A stretch of 64,000 bases of DNA from the human T2T-CHM13v2.0 reference genome, Homo sapiens. The translations under genes were made by a program, and so were the position numbers. How positions within the stretch are numbered: position 1 is the stretch's first letter; the number at the start of each line of letters is the position of its first letter. The DNA lies in the NCBI RefSeq assembly GCF_009914755.1, contig NC_060935.1. One strand, 5' to 3'. Below the pieces are notes generated by a model. It made no database searches, was not told where the DNA came from, and was given only the letters and a program-made list of their open reading frames with translations. Positions 26,614-41,387 of this stretch are shown one piece after another.

Positions 26614-27650
26614 CAGTTGATTGTCATTATTCATGGATACTGTATTGTGAATTTGCCCATTTGCTAAAATTTATCTGTAACCTCAAAAATCTATCTTCAC
26701 AGTGCTTTTGTAGTCATTTTCACAGAGCAGCAAAAATCTCAGTCACCAGACAAGCACATTCTCAGCTGAGGTCAAACACAGCAAGTCCCGGGTTCTTATT
26801 TCAGCTCTCCTGATGCAAACAAGTGTTCCTTTCCCTATCTGTATTGTCCCACATTTTTGAGTGCTTGTTGATGATTGCCCTGTTTAAAATGTCCCCTAAG
26901 CATCATGCTGAAGCGTTGTCCACTGTTCCTAAGCACAGGAATACTGTGATGTGCCTTGCAGAGAAAATATATGTGTTGGGTAAGTTTCATTCAGGTATGC
27001 AATATAATGTTGTTGGCCATCAGTTCAATATTAATGAATCAATGATATATATTGAATAAGCTATTTTTATACCTAGGAATACAGCTAACTAGGGAGGTGA
27101 AAGATGTCTACAAAGAGAACTACAAACTAGTGACCAAAGAAATCAAAGATGACCTAAACAAATGGAAAAACACTCCATGCTCATGGATAGGAAGCATTAA
27201 TATCATTAGAATGTTCATAGTGCCCAAAGCAATTTATATATTCAATGCTATTCCTATTAAACTACCATTGAGATTCCTCACAGATATATAAAATGTATTT
27301 TAAAAATTAATATGGAGCCAAAAAAAGAGCCCGAATAGCCAAGGCAATCCAAAGCAAAAGAATAAAAATAAAAACAAAAAATATCTTATACACTGTTGGT
27401 GGGAGTGTAAATTAGTTCAACCTATGTAACAAACTTCACATCTACGTCTGAACATAAGTAAAAGGTTAAAATATCTATTTTTAGATAGAAACACACATGA
27501 AACAAGGGGAGTTGATGAAAATGTTGTTCCTAGAGGCTTGTAGGAATATAACCCTATGTTTTACCTAAGTGAAATGATTTAGTATTTGCTAATTCAGGGT
27601 CTGTAGCAACTTTATATGTGATAACTACTGCAAATAAATAAAATTGACTG
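26614..27650 (-). mobile_element. MER82-like Tigger MITE split by an L1 insertion
   Basis: TIR-like ends cagttgattgtcattattc and gcaaataaataaaattgactg with TA flanks; internal 'gttcctaagcacagg...gtgccttgcagagaaaata'. Confidence 0.8.
27070..27474 (+). mobile_element. L1PA15/16-like insertion made of three non-contiguous segments
   Basis: ORF2 piece [19 protein letters not shown], then 'tacactgttggtgggagtgtaaattagttcaacc', then terminal 'tatgtaacaaac...aaaggttaaaa'; TSD CTATTTTTA at 27061-27069 and 27475-27483. Confidence 0.85.
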
Positions 27651-30600
27651 TATTTTCATTTCAGCTGTCTCTGTCAGTTTTCTTCTTAATCTCACCAAGA
27701 GAAGTTAGAGCTATTTTGCTTATAGGTATCTCAACTGGCATAAAATAATAACAAGAGCAATAATAATGACTGCATATTATGATAATGCCAAGCATGGCAT
27801 AAAAAGCTTCATATCTCATATCTCTAAATCTTTGTTATACATTTTCATGGTACTCTATAATTTTCTTTGCAGGCCTATCTTACAATTATTAATCATTGAT
27901 GTGATTATTTTAAAATATACGTTTCGATAGACAGGAAGTTTTATGAGAGCAAAAAGCATGTATTTTTCCTTGTTAAATATTTACAATTAAGTTTATACAA
28001 TAGGTAATGATAAATAGCAAATGATACAAAAATACTTGTAATAACATTTGCAAGGTGGGAATTAAATATTACAAACATTAGCAAAGTAGGAACTAATATG
28101 ATGGAACATCTATACCTTTAAAATATTTACTTACTGACGATCAAATTAGCTTTTAATATTGGTAAACCTATAAACCAGTTTTATTCAGGAGGGTGATTTT
28201 TAAAATATATTTTATTCTAAAAATCAAATTTGCATATTTCTATGCACATTAAGGCAAATTAAAAATATCTGTATTAACTAGCTAAATGCCAAAAATAAAA
28301 TAAACAACAAGATTATTCTTGGTCCATATTTATTTTTAGCTGAATATGTCACTAATGTAATACCTTGGTTTTTTCTAAAAATATTTTTTATAATTATTCT
28401 ATGTTTTCCTTAAAATTCCCTGAAATAGTCTTTTTCTGGAGTACATCTTTGACTTTTTTCTGCAAACTGTAATATTTTCTAATTGAGAGAATAATCCCCT
28501 TATATGCTATACAGAGCAAATTGAATTCTCACTCTAGTTTTTATATAGTTTTGAATATATTTCTATGTGAATTGTGTGAATATTTTAGCATGATTTATTT
28601 CATGGATACTGTTAATTATATATATAAATTATATATATATAATTTTTTTTAAATTTCACTAAGAGAAGTTAGAACTATTTCGCTTATAGGTATCTCATAT
28701 ATCTTATAGGTATATATGTTATATATATATAAAATCTGTCTTAAAGTATTGAACAATAGAAATTATTAGAAGAGTGATTCCTGAAAGAAAAACAAATAAA
28801 TTGTGTCTTACTATGAAGTGAGCTCTGCTTCTGGAGTGGTGATGTGAAGGTGTTGGACCCACTTCCCAACAGCATTTCTTTGGAGAAAATTACAAAATGA
28901 AAACACAATCATTTAAAGTTTTTTATATTGTCCTAAGAGTATATAGTAAGTGGAGAATCTTCACTCAGCAAAATCTAAATCTCAGAATAGTTGAGGTCTG
29001 TGGCTTTTAAGCCACAACTTCCTACTTCTTCTCTCATCTCCTTTATAAAGAAGCTACCCTGGGTGGATGGGTCAAGAAAGCAGGGGCTCATTTTCCCCTC
29101 AACTTCTAGTCTGGGGTGATAATTTCAACCTGGGAAGGGGAGAGGGCCAGCATTTCTTATCTCCCCCAGCCCTGTGTTGTAGAAGTTCTATTACGGGAAT
29201 GTAACAGAAAGGATGGGTCTTCCTTCCTGCTTCCAGTGTCTATTCATAGGATAGATGCTCCACACAAACCACAGCAGATAGAGAATACTCGTTTTTGTCT
29301 CTACCATAGCTCAGTCACCTCGTGTAGGAAGTCCTATATTGGCAGGAGTAAGCTGAGAGGACCGGAGGCTATCATCTTCTTCCCTGTTTCAGCTCAGTCC
29401 CCAGTGCCTGCTTACAACAAGGGTGTCACTAGGAGAGAGGTGAGCCACTATCCCCACCATCAGCTCTTATGCAGGGGCATAGAGAACCTGCCAAGGAGCA
29501 AAGGCAGGCCCACACATGCTGAAGGAACTTGAAAAATCAGAAGAAGCTGGTCTTACATGAAATAGAGAATGAAGAAGTCTATACCTAGGGGTGTTCTAAA
29601 AGTCAATGCAGATATAGGTGGGGAGCAATTAAAATGGCGCTCATAGCTCCATTATATCAGTGGCAACAAGAAAAGTGACAAGGAAGCTAGAAGTTTTACA
29701 GACAGAATCAGGGAAAGAGACAGCCAAGAGAGGCCCTCCTGAAGTCACAGGCCACCTTGGGGTTGGGAAAATGAGACTGTGCACAAATGCCAGGCTACTT
29801 CCACTCAGGAGCAATCAGAGCTGAACCCGAGGTTGGGGGAGGGAGGGATGGAACTGAAAACATTTCTGCAGCTAGACGTAATTCATCAGCAAAGAGAGGA
29901 AGCCTTTATTGAAATAAAGGTCTTAAGCACGATCTCCAACCATTTACTGAACAACGACTACAATAAGTAAACTCAGGAATTACTCCTAGGAAGCCAGTCT
30001 TAATAATATATGCATCTCACATTCTGAAAGACTGTGAGCATGTCAAAGGCTGCGCCCTCTCAGAAATAATCAGAAAGAGAAAATCTCAGCTAGCAGTGCT
30101 TGCCTGTATGTGGGGAAAAATGTAAATTTCTTAAATAGGGATATAAACTCCATGCTTCACACACATCTAACACTAAAGAATAAACACCTAACTAATCAAT
30201 AGGGTTAAGCAAAAGTTTTGATCAATAAGTGGCATATGCCAGCTAAGAACCAACCTCTAGTTAATCAGGCAAAAAGATAAAACACACACAACACAAAATC
30301 TGTAAAGGGATATCAGAGGCTGAATACTGTGGGAAAAATAGACTTCACAAAGTTAGTTTAGTCAAGACTTTAAACAAACTAAAAACAAAGAAAAAACACA
30401 TCAATCACCGGGGTAGAGGGACTCTGTCTCTAAAGTTGTTACAATACGTTTATTTAAAAATGTCTAGTTTAAACAAAAAGTGTATGTGACATTCAAAGAA
30501 AAAGGAAAGTGTGACACATACACAAGATAAAAGAAGGAGAGGGGCAAAAGAAATTGCTTTTGAAGGGGTCCACATGTTGAACATAGCAAAAGAGGCTTAA

Positions 30601-31069
30601 AATATACATTATAAATATGTTCAGATAACTAAAGGCAGCTATGTCAAAAGAAGATGTATTGACAATATCTCAAAAACGGAAAAATACCTATAAGAAAATA
30701 GAAATTGGAAAATAAGAACCAAATGGAAATTCTGGAGTTGAAAAGTGTAATAACTTAAATGAAGACTTTACAAGAGAGGCTTAACAGTAAATTTAAGCAG
30801 GCAGAAGAATCAGTAAACTTGAAGTTAGATTGATAAATATTACATAATCTAAAAAAATAATGAACAGACTATCAGAGAAATGTGGGACACAAGTGTACCA
30901 AGATATATGTCATTGGAGTTATAAAAGTAGAGAAAAGCATTTTGAAGTAATTATGGTTTAAAACTTCTCAAATTTAATAAAAAGCACCAATATATATATT
31001 CAAGAAGTTAATGAAGTCTAAGTGAAATAAACCTAGAGATCCACACTCTGACATAGAGTGAAATGTTGA

Positions 31070-31210
31070 GGCTGGGCACAGTGTCTCATGCCTGTAATCC
31101 CAACACTTTGTGGGGCCAGGATTGGTGTACTGCTTGAGCTCAGGAGTTTGAGACCAGCCTGGGCATCATGATAAAACTCTGTCTCTATTAAAAATAACAA
31201 TAATAATAAT
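31070..31210 (+). mobile_element. FLAM_C-like Alu monomer
   Basis: Single left-arm unit ggctgggcacagtg...gcttgagctcaggagtttgagaccagcctggg followed by an A-rich tail. Confidence 0.85.
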
Positions 31211-31429
31211 GAAATACTTAAAACCCAAGAAAAAAATCTTGAAAGCAGAATAAAAAAGATTTATCATATATGAAGGAATGCCAATAATATTAACAGCTAA
31301 CTTCTAATTAGAATCGATAGAGGACAGGAGGCATGAGGATGTCATATTCAAAGTGTTGAAAATGGCTACTCAGGAGGCTGAGTTGGGAAGATCACTTGAG
31401 CCCAGAATGTCTTAGAAATTTCAGTTCCC

Positions 31430-33258
31430 ACATTTTCATAGGTTTTACCTTTATAATTGCACAACGTTATCATGATAAAAGTCTATTAATAGAGATCTAG
31501 TCCTGACTCTGGTGAGAGTGTGGTAAGGAGTAATCATTGTGGAATACATTAAGAGCATTCTTCATTTTTTAAAAAAATGATGTACTGTCTAAGGAAAATA
31601 AAGATTATATCCCAGAGACTGAGGCCCACTAAAAGACAGAGGTTTAACTTAATCATCAGATTACATGAGGCTTCTCTTGCCCTACAACCTACTGCCACAG
31701 CAACAGGGATTCAGTGTAATAACAGTGGGATACAGCTGAATAAGAAGTTCAAAGTCAGGAGGAGAGGCAAAACAAGGACACTAGGAGAACTTCATGACTT
31801 CAGCACTTACTACTGGAGAAAACACTAAACGAAGTTCAACATCTAACTGATGAACATAAATCTTTCACACTCAAGGTCTATTTACTTCAGTTCCTATGAC
31901 TTGATACAAACGTCCAGTTTTCAACCAAAAAAAAATTAAAGGGACTATCATAAGGCTAGAAAATGCACGCACAAATACAAGCATCAGAAGTATACTCAGA
32001 TATAAATCAAATGTTGGCATTATTAGACATGGAATTCAAAATATATATGAATAATGTGTTAGGACTTTAATGGAAAAAGTAGGCAATATGCAAGAACGAA
32101 TGGGTAATGTAAGCAGAGGAATGGAACTTCTAAGAAATAATCAAAAGGAAATTCCAAAAATCGAAAATGTAGTGATGGAAATAAAGAGTGCCATTTGGAG
32201 GGGGGCTATCATAATACTGGACAAACAAAAAAGAGGGAGGAATGTCATCATCTTGGTAAAGAACCTACAGCTAACAGAAAATCTACACTTTAGCATCATC
32301 ATCATACTTCGTGGTGAGAAACAAAAAAAATGAACAATTAACATCATAGTTAGTGGTGAGAAATTGGATATTTCTTGACAAGTATCAGGAAAAGGCAAAG
32401 ATGTCTATCTTACCACTCCTACTTAATATCACATTGGAAGTTCTATCTGTTGCAACAAGACAAGAAAATAAAATACATACATACTGGAAAGGAAGAAATA
32501 ATATTGTCTTTTTATTTAAAATGATATTATGAGAAAATTCTCAAAGAATCAACAGAAATACTCAGAAGTAATGATCAAATTTAACAAGGTTACAGGGCAC
32601 AAAGTAAATACACGAAAGTCAAATGCTTTCCTGTATACCAGTAAGGAACATTCAGAATTTGAAATAAAAAAGTAAGCCTTTTAAATAACTTTTACAATAA
32701 TACCAAAAAAGAAAAATAAATACTTAGGTGTAAACATCATGAAAATGTGTGGGTGTCATATGGAGAAAACTACAAAACCCTGATAAATCAAAAAAGATAA
32801 AAGAACATGAAGATATATTTCATCTTCATAGATTAGAATGTTCAGTATTGCTAAGATGTCACTTTCTTTCAACTTTGTCTATAGATTCAACACAATCCCA
32901 ATCAATATCTCAGCCAGGTATAGTGGAGATATTGACAAATGTATTTCAAAGTTTATATGGAAAGGCAAAAGATCTAGAATTGCCAATACAATACTGAAGA
33001 AAAATAGTGTCCTGAAGAAAAACAAAAAGTTGAAGGATGTTACATAAAAACTAAAAATAAATAAATAAAGAAGGAATAAACCATGGACTTTTGCTAGTAA
33101 CTATATATCAATATTAATCCATTAATTGTAACAATTATACTATAGTAATGTAAGATACTAATCATAGGAGAAATTGGGGGTGAGGTTCACAGAAACTTTT
33201 TGCAGTTTCTTTGCAAGTTTTTAGAAAATCTAAAACTGTGCTAAAATAGTCTATTAAT
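31430..33258 (+). mobile_element. L1MC-like element (5' region/ORF1 start, ORF2 RT pieces, 3'UTR), internally deleted
   Basis: ORF1-like MEKVGNMQERMGNVSRGMELLR; RT-region 'catcatagttagtggtgagaaa...ccactcctacttaatatc' and VYRFNTIPINI; L1MC-type end 'aatctaaaactgtgctaaaatagtctatt'. Confidence 0.72.
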
Positions 33259-36029
33259 TATATTAAAATGAAGAAGAAATAAATACTTTTTTCAGGCAAA
33301 ATAAAAAAACTTGAAAGAATTAATTATTGGCAGACTTGCATAAAGGAAATGTTAGAAGAAGTTCTTCAGTTAAGAGAAGCATGAGATGTTAATTTTTAGA
33401 CAAATTATGCAAGAAAGAGGATAATAATGTTAGCCAGTTGTGTTTTTATTATGTAAGTTATAGTTCATAGTAGTTAAAATTAGCTGCATTAGGCATTTTC
33501 TGCGTTTAAGAATCAAAGTTTATATGGTAGTAATTTTAAAACGTCTTTGACATAGGTTCCAAATCCCCTGCATTAATCCTCATGTTTTTCAAATTAATGA
33601 CTTCTGCAAGTTTTGCAAACTCATTGGGGATAATTGAATCCTATTTGCATAGATATCAAAGCAGGTTGTCCTTGACTTGTTTTTGACAAGCTACTGACAC
33701 TGATCGACAGAAAGAAGATAGTTAAACAGAAAATAAAATGCCTCTTTTCTTAGAAGGCACAATGCTTGCTATGCAAAATATATTATTATTCTTACTTAAT
33801 TTGGGGAATAATAATTAACATTTTAAAAATTGGCAGTTAGTTTTAAGTTGAGGAAAAATTTAAATGCTCTAGAGTATATTAGTGTCAGACACTGTGAATC
33901 TAAGTGAAAATATTTTACTTGCACATTTATATTCATTAGTGTCTTGGGGGAAAAGAGGAAAAAGTCTCTTTTGTCAAAGAAAGGAATTTTTACCACCCTT
34001 TATAATAGTGCTGAGGAAAAATACTGACAGAAGACTTTTGTTATAACTTGTTTATTAAATCTACCTCTATGTAGACAAAGTGAAGTGGAAATTTTTCTTT
34101 AGAGAATACATTTGCTTGAATTAGTCATAATATTTTAGAAATTGTGTATTTTGTTGGGCAAACATACCACTTCATATCCCTAAAGAATAAATGTTTTCAA
34201 GGAATAGTACTGTTCTTTTGTCTAGAGCTAAATACAAAATAAAAACTATTAAAAAAACCAAACAAACACTTTCAACAAAACAGTGAAATTAGGGAGAGGA
34301 ATACAAGGACTGACAGGGCTATCATACTATCCTTTCTCTCATCTTGCTCAGAATATTCTATAAGAAATACATCTTTAATATATTTACTTGGTCCTCACAG
34401 GGTGTGAGCGAGATTACAGGAGATGATATTATAATATATATATAAATGTCGTTTGTTTGATGACTCTTAATCATCCCTCAAGATCCAATATCACCTCCTC
34501 CATGTGGTCTCCTTTCTTTGGATGTCCCCAGCATTCCACTTGTTCCAACAACACAGCAAGAGACATATTGTATTCATTTGCCCATCCAAGTCCTCTGTAC
34601 CCAATAGGTGCTCAGTAAATTTTGAATGTGAAAATCTCTCAGTGTAAGAGTAATGAGATTAGGGACTGTGTTTTATTAACTTTACACTTACTTAAATAAA
34701 CTTTATTTATTACTGCTGTATCTCCAGCTCTTAGTATTTTCCTACACTTAATAGATGTTAAAAGATGCCTATTAAGTGGAAGAACCAGTGAAAAATTATA
34801 AAGGCTAAAATGTGCAGTGCATAATTATTATTACTAACTCAAATCCAAGCTTGCTGTGCTCCAAAGATCTTACCAGCTAACCTGTATTATTACCTATTAT
34901 GTGTCTCATGCCTATCTCTGGTTCATTAACTCCAATCTTAAATTTTTATCACATACTTCCTAAATACCTTCTGGGTATTCTCCCAGCTTTACAGAGTAAA
35001 GACATATAAATTTCTATCTACATGTCTTCATTTTTGTTTTTGATAAGGAGACCTCAATTTATTTAATTATTCATCATTCCATGAGTTTTTTGGCTTCGTC
35101 CATTTTTTTTATGCCAACACTTTCTACTTACAGTCAAATCAGCTGAGGATATTTCCACATTCTCATTTCTGACCTTTTTCCATTCCTTCTGGAAATGTGT
35201 AGTTAAGGCCTCAAAATCTTTTATCCTGAACTTCTGTTAGTTTTTCTACTTGCTTTAATTTTCTTGGACTACTACGTGAATCTTGTACCTGTTCTCTCTG
35301 CTTCCAGTTCCTCAACTACCCTTCCCAATTCAATCTGTTCTTTTAAAATACAAGCACACGTCATTTTTATTGTGCTTTGCTTTACTGTGCTTCACAAATA
35401 CTTTGTTATTTACAAATCTAAGATTTATGGTAATGCTACATCAAACAACACTATTGGTGCCATTTTTCCAATGCTTCATGTGTCTGTGTTACATTTTGGT
35501 AATTTTCATAATATTTCAAACTTTTAAATTATTATTATATCTGTTATGATGAACTGCAATCAGTGATAACTGGTGTTACTGTGTCTGGAATTGGTGGGTT
35601 CTTCATCTCACTGATTTCAAGAACGAAGCTGCGGACCCTCGCGGTGAGTGTTACAGTTCTTAAAGGTGGCGTGTCTGGAGTTTGTTCCTTCTGATGTTCA
35701 GATGTGTTCAGAGTTTCTTCCTTCTGGTGGGTTCGTGGTCTTGCTGGCTTCAGGAGTGAAGCTGCAGACCTTCGCAGTGAGTGTTACAGCTCTTAAGATG
35801 GCGCGTCTGGAGTTGTTCGTTCCTCCCGTCCGGAGTTGTTCATCCCTCCCGGTGCGTTCGTGGTCTCGCTGGCTTCAGGAGTGAAGCTGCAGACCTTCGC
35901 GGTGAGTGTTACAGCTCCTAAAGGTGACGCGGACCTAGAGTGAGCAGCAGCAAGATTTATTGCGAAGAGCAAAAGAACAAAGCTTCTACAGAGTAGAAGA
36001 GGACCCAAGCGGGTTGCCGCTGCTGGCTC

Positions 36030-37090
<1,061 letters not shown>

Positions 37091-37906
37091 CCGACTCAGG
37101 AGTCCAGCTGGCTTCGCCTAGTGGATCCCGTTCTGGGGCCGCGGGCAGAGCTGCCCGCCAGTCCCGTGCTGCGCGCCCGCGATCCTCAGCCCTTGGGTGG
37201 TTGATGGGACTGGGCGCTGTGGAGCAGGGGGCAGCGCCCGCCGGGGAGGCTCAGGCCATGTGGGATCCTACCACAGGGGGGCTTGGGCATGGTGGGCTGC
37301 AGGTCCCGAGCCCTTCCCCATGGGGAGGTGGCTGGGGCCCAGCGAGAATTCAAGTGCGGCGCCGGCGGGCCAGCAGTGCTGGGGTAGCCTGGCGCACCCT
37401 CTGCAGCTGCTAGACCGGGTGCTAAGCCCCTCACTGCCTGGGGCCAGCTGCGCAAGTACGGGGCCTGCCGAGCCCACACCCACCCGGAGCTCGCACTGGC
37501 CCGCGAGCACCGCGTGCAGCCTGGGTTCCCGCCCGCACCTCTCCCTCCACACCTCCCCGCAAGCAGAGGGAGCCGGGTCCGGCCTCACCCAGCCCAGACA
37601 GGGGCTCCCACAGTGCAGCAGTGGGCTGAAGGGCTCCTCAAGTGTGGCCCGAGTGGATGCCGAGGTCCAAGAGGTGCTGAGAGTGAGCAAGGGCTGCTAG
37701 CACGTTGTCACCTCTCATTACTATTATAATTGTTTTGGGGCACCACAGATTGTGCCCTTATAAGATGATAAGCTTAATTGATAAATGTTGTATCTGTTCT
37801 GACTTCTCCACTGACTGGCTATTCCCACATCCCACTCCCTCTTCTCAGGCCTTCCTATTGTCCAAGACACAACAGTATTGAAATTAGTTTAAGTAACAAC
37901 CCTATA

Positions 37907-38650
37907 ATGGCCACTAAGTGTTCAAGTGAAAGGAAAAGTTGCATGTCTCCCACTTTAATCAAAAGCTAGAAATGATTAAGCTTAACAAGGAAGTTATGTT
38001 GAAACCTGAGACAGCCTGAAAGCTAGAATTTTGTGCCAGTTAGTCAAGTTGTAAATGCAAAGGAAAAGCTCTTGAATGAAATTAAAAGTGGTACTCCAGT
38101 GAACACATGATGATTAAAAGGGGGAAACAGCCTTATTGTTGATACAGAAACACTTTTAGTGGTTTGGATAGAAGATTAAAACAGCCAACACATTCCCTTA
38201 AACCAAAACCTAATCCAGAGCAAGGCCCTAACTCTCTTCAATTCCGTGAAGGCTAAGAGTGGTGGGAAAACTGCAGAAGAAATGTGTGAATCTAGCTGAG
38301 GTTGGTTTATGAGGTTTTAGGAAAAAAAAAAATCCATTTCCATAACCTTAAAGGACAAGGTAAAGTGACCAGTGCTGATGTAGAAGCTGCAGCAAATTAT
38401 CCAGAAGATTATCTAAGATAATTGATGAAGGTGACTACATCCAAGAACAGATTTTCAATGTAGATGAAACAGCCTTCTCTTGGAAGCAGATGCAGTCTAG
38501 GAATTTCATAGCTAGAGAGGAGAAGCCAATGTCTGGCTTCAAAACTTCTAAAGATAGCCTGACTCTCTTTTTACAGGCTAAGCACCTGGTGACATTAAGT
38601 TGAAGCCATGCTCATTTACCATTCTAAAAATACTAGGGCCCTTAAGAATT
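37907..38650 (+). pseudogene. Tigger1 transposase relic (N-terminal HTH/CENP-B region to start of DDE domain), frameshifted
   Basis: MATKCSSERKS..., [26 protein letters not shown] match Tigger1 transposase; contains stops and frameshifts. Confidence 0.88.
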
Positions 38651-38954
38651 TATCATGCTCATTAGCGTATAACCTACTATTGTTGCTGGTCCATTTATTA
38701 GCCCTCTCTTGTTTTATTGAGTTATTTTTTTTTACCCCCATTGCTATCCCTATTTAGCCTTTCAAGAGCAACCATTTTAAGAGGTTTAATATATAATCTT
38801 TTATTTGTATGTGTTTTCATCAAGCTATCATTATATAAAGGTATTGTGCTTTGGAACACATTCTGTCTTTTCCTTTTTCATTCAGTATTATGTTTTTTGC
38901 AGCATTATTACATTTCAGTGTGTGTAACTAGTCTGCCACTTCGAATGGCTGCAT

Positions 38955-39520
38955 CTTACTCTCAATCCACTATTTACACCACAGCCGGAGTAATCTTTAA
39001 AAATGCAAATCTGATCATGTCATGCAGCTGTTTAATATCTGTTGGTGATTTTTCATTTGACTTAGGATGTATTCAAAACTTCTTACCATGTCTGTAAGGC
39101 CTTGCAGGATTTGGGCAGTGTCTGGTTAGTAAGTCTCATCCTTTGCCTTCTTCCATTTGGTCTCTGCGTTTCAACCACACTGGCCTGAACTTCCTCAGAT
39201 CTGTTACGCTTCCACGTTTGTTATTTACACCCAGCAATCTTTCTTCCTTCAAGTATCAGTCTAAATTTTGCTTCCTCGGATAAGTATTCCATGACTGGCC
39301 GATTGAATCAGAAGCTCAATGTTTAAAAATTCTTTAACATTATTTACTTTTGGTTACACTTTATATAATCTTTACTTATATTTGTTTATGTGTTTAATTC
39401 TTTAATATTTATCTTACCCACTACCATGTCAGTTCCACAAAGGCTGGGGCCGGGTTTATTTGTTCCTCAGTCATTCTTGTTTCTACCTATGGGAAGCCCT
39501 CAATAAAAAAGTGTTCAATG
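38955..39520 (+). mobile_element. L2 3' region
   Basis: 'cacagccggagtaatctttaaaaatgcaaatctgatcatgtca...aggccttgcaggattt...ctcaataaa'. Confidence 0.75.
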
Positions 39521-39931
39521 ATTTACATGGGAGAAGTGACTTAACCAAGGTCATAAAACTAATTAAAGTCAAATCCAGACAAGAACTCAGCATCTTTCCT
39601 CTTCCTGTACTTGGCATTCTTTGAACCTATTGCCATTCTGTATTCTTATGTCCATTCCAGCTCTTTACACACAATAGGTGCTCAATAACTACTTCAGAAA
39701 AACATAAAATAAGCAAAGAATGGAATTGTGGATTATATAGCTTTATATTTATGTCAAAGAGCTACTGGCTATTATGTGAAATCTCCAAATCTTTAAATTC
39801 ATTGGTAAAATAGTTGTCATTGATATTCTTGTTAAGTTTATAAGTAGACATTACATTTTCTTTACGTTTTTTACCAGGTTGAAGACTGCTTCCTCTGATG
39901 TCATAAAGTCAGAGAGCCACATTGAGAAATG

Positions 39932-40012
39932 TCTGTTAAAATGCTTCTGTTAAAAATGTGTAGAAAGTGTGTGTCTGTTAAAATGTGTAGAAAATTCTGT
40001 TAAAATGTGTAG
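39932..40012. repeat. Imperfect short tandem repeat, TCTGTTAAAATG(TGTAG) x4
   Basis: Copies start at 39932, 39946, 39974 and 39996. Confidence 0.85.
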
Positions 40013-41387
40013 CAGGCTAAGTTTCAAACTGCAACTGAATAGAGAGAATCAATCTATGCATGTTCAGTTTGTGCTCATTTTAATAAGGAAAGAGACTGAT
40101 GACCTCTCTACTTAAAAGAGGATGGATGGATGCACGTTTTTAAGAATATTTATTTTACCTCAGGAGAACTAAAATAATAACCTATCCTTCTTTCCAACTT
40201 GGTCTCTGCCTGAGCAGGTTTTATCAATGGACCTGTCACAATACTGAAATTGGGAGCTCTTGCTATGTTGTTTTGTAAATCCAATTATCTTCAATCCTTG
40301 CCATTTCAGCAAAGAAACAAACAAAAAAAGCTTTTAAAGAAGGTATCAAATAGCATTTTTAAATTTATTTTTCAGTGGTATCAGGGAAATTGCCATGTCT
40401 TCACCAAGTGATATAAATCTATATTACTCATTGAATCCATGCCTTGAAAACTAGAAATGATTTTTTTTTCTGTTATACTAAAAAAGTTAAATAACTTGGA
40501 AAGTAGTACTATTTTGACTATTGGCAGTACTGGTAGGTAAGTAAATAAAAAAAATATAGCCCCATTTCAGTGTGACTGAAGGTGGCAGATCAATGAGACC
40601 TTTATCCCATTAGCCTGCCCTAGTATCTGATATTCCTCAAGCTGAGACTTAATTCTTTTGGTTTCAGGTACTGTATTTGTAAGATTCTCTCATTCACAAA
40701 ATTCTATCAAATTTTCAGGGTTTACCCATTTATTAGTTATTTTAACTTCACATCATAACTCTGACATCACATAGAAGTTATTAATACCCAATGATAGAAA
40801 AGAAAACTGAATCTCAACACAATTACATAATTTGTTCAAGAAATCACAGCAACAAATTGGGCCTTCTGACTTGAGTCTAGAGCCTTTCACCAACATCAAG
40901 TAGTACTAATGATATTTTACTGTAAGTATTTTAACTGGGGCTATTATGAGTTCATTTCCCTTATCTCATCTCTTCTTCCTTCCATACAATTTTTTTTCAG
41001 ACAACTTCTCGTTTATGTTGTTTTGTAAGCATCCCTCCCACCAGGTTCTGGCTTTGTTTTGTATGATTTATTTCTATTGGCTCCATCATGACCTCTCAGG
41101 GCACTTGGAAGATCCTGTTGTAAAGCTCTGAAGCTCTTGACAGTCTATCTGTTGGGATTCGAAAAAATAAAGAAGTCAACATTAGGTAAGATAAGAATAA
41201 AATTCCCCTCAAAAAAAAAAAAAAGAATAAAATTAAAGAAGAAAAAAGAGTATGGTGGGCCTTTGCCTCTGACCTCTGGGTAGTTTCAAAGATGAGTTCA
41301 GGGATAGAGTTGCAGCTGCAGATATGAACCAGGTCTTCAGAGAGGTGACAGAAAGAACTAAAGGGAGAGAGAGAAATGTAAATTTGC

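Larger units (their letters stand above)
28820..33385 (+). mobile_element. Old L1M 5'UTR and ORF1 relic (28820-31362, resuming 33265-33385) with nested insertions
   Basis: ORF1-like 'aaccaaatggaaattctggagttgaaaag' (NQMEILELK) and 'aaaatcttgaaagcag'; the C-terminal 'aaaatgaagaagaaataaatac...gaagttcttcag' resumes after the nested element. Confidence 0.7.

Noticed and set aside
37186-37729. Overlapping ORFs up to 167 aa and a CpG-island-like region
   Set aside because: This is GC-rich LTR12 U3 sequence with few stop codons; not a host gene or host promoter.
39855-39930. Polypyrimidine-CAG acceptor-like sites (also near 25380, 40375 and 40665)
   Set aside because: No matching donor or coherent reading frame; such motifs are frequent in AT-rich DNA and need transcript data.
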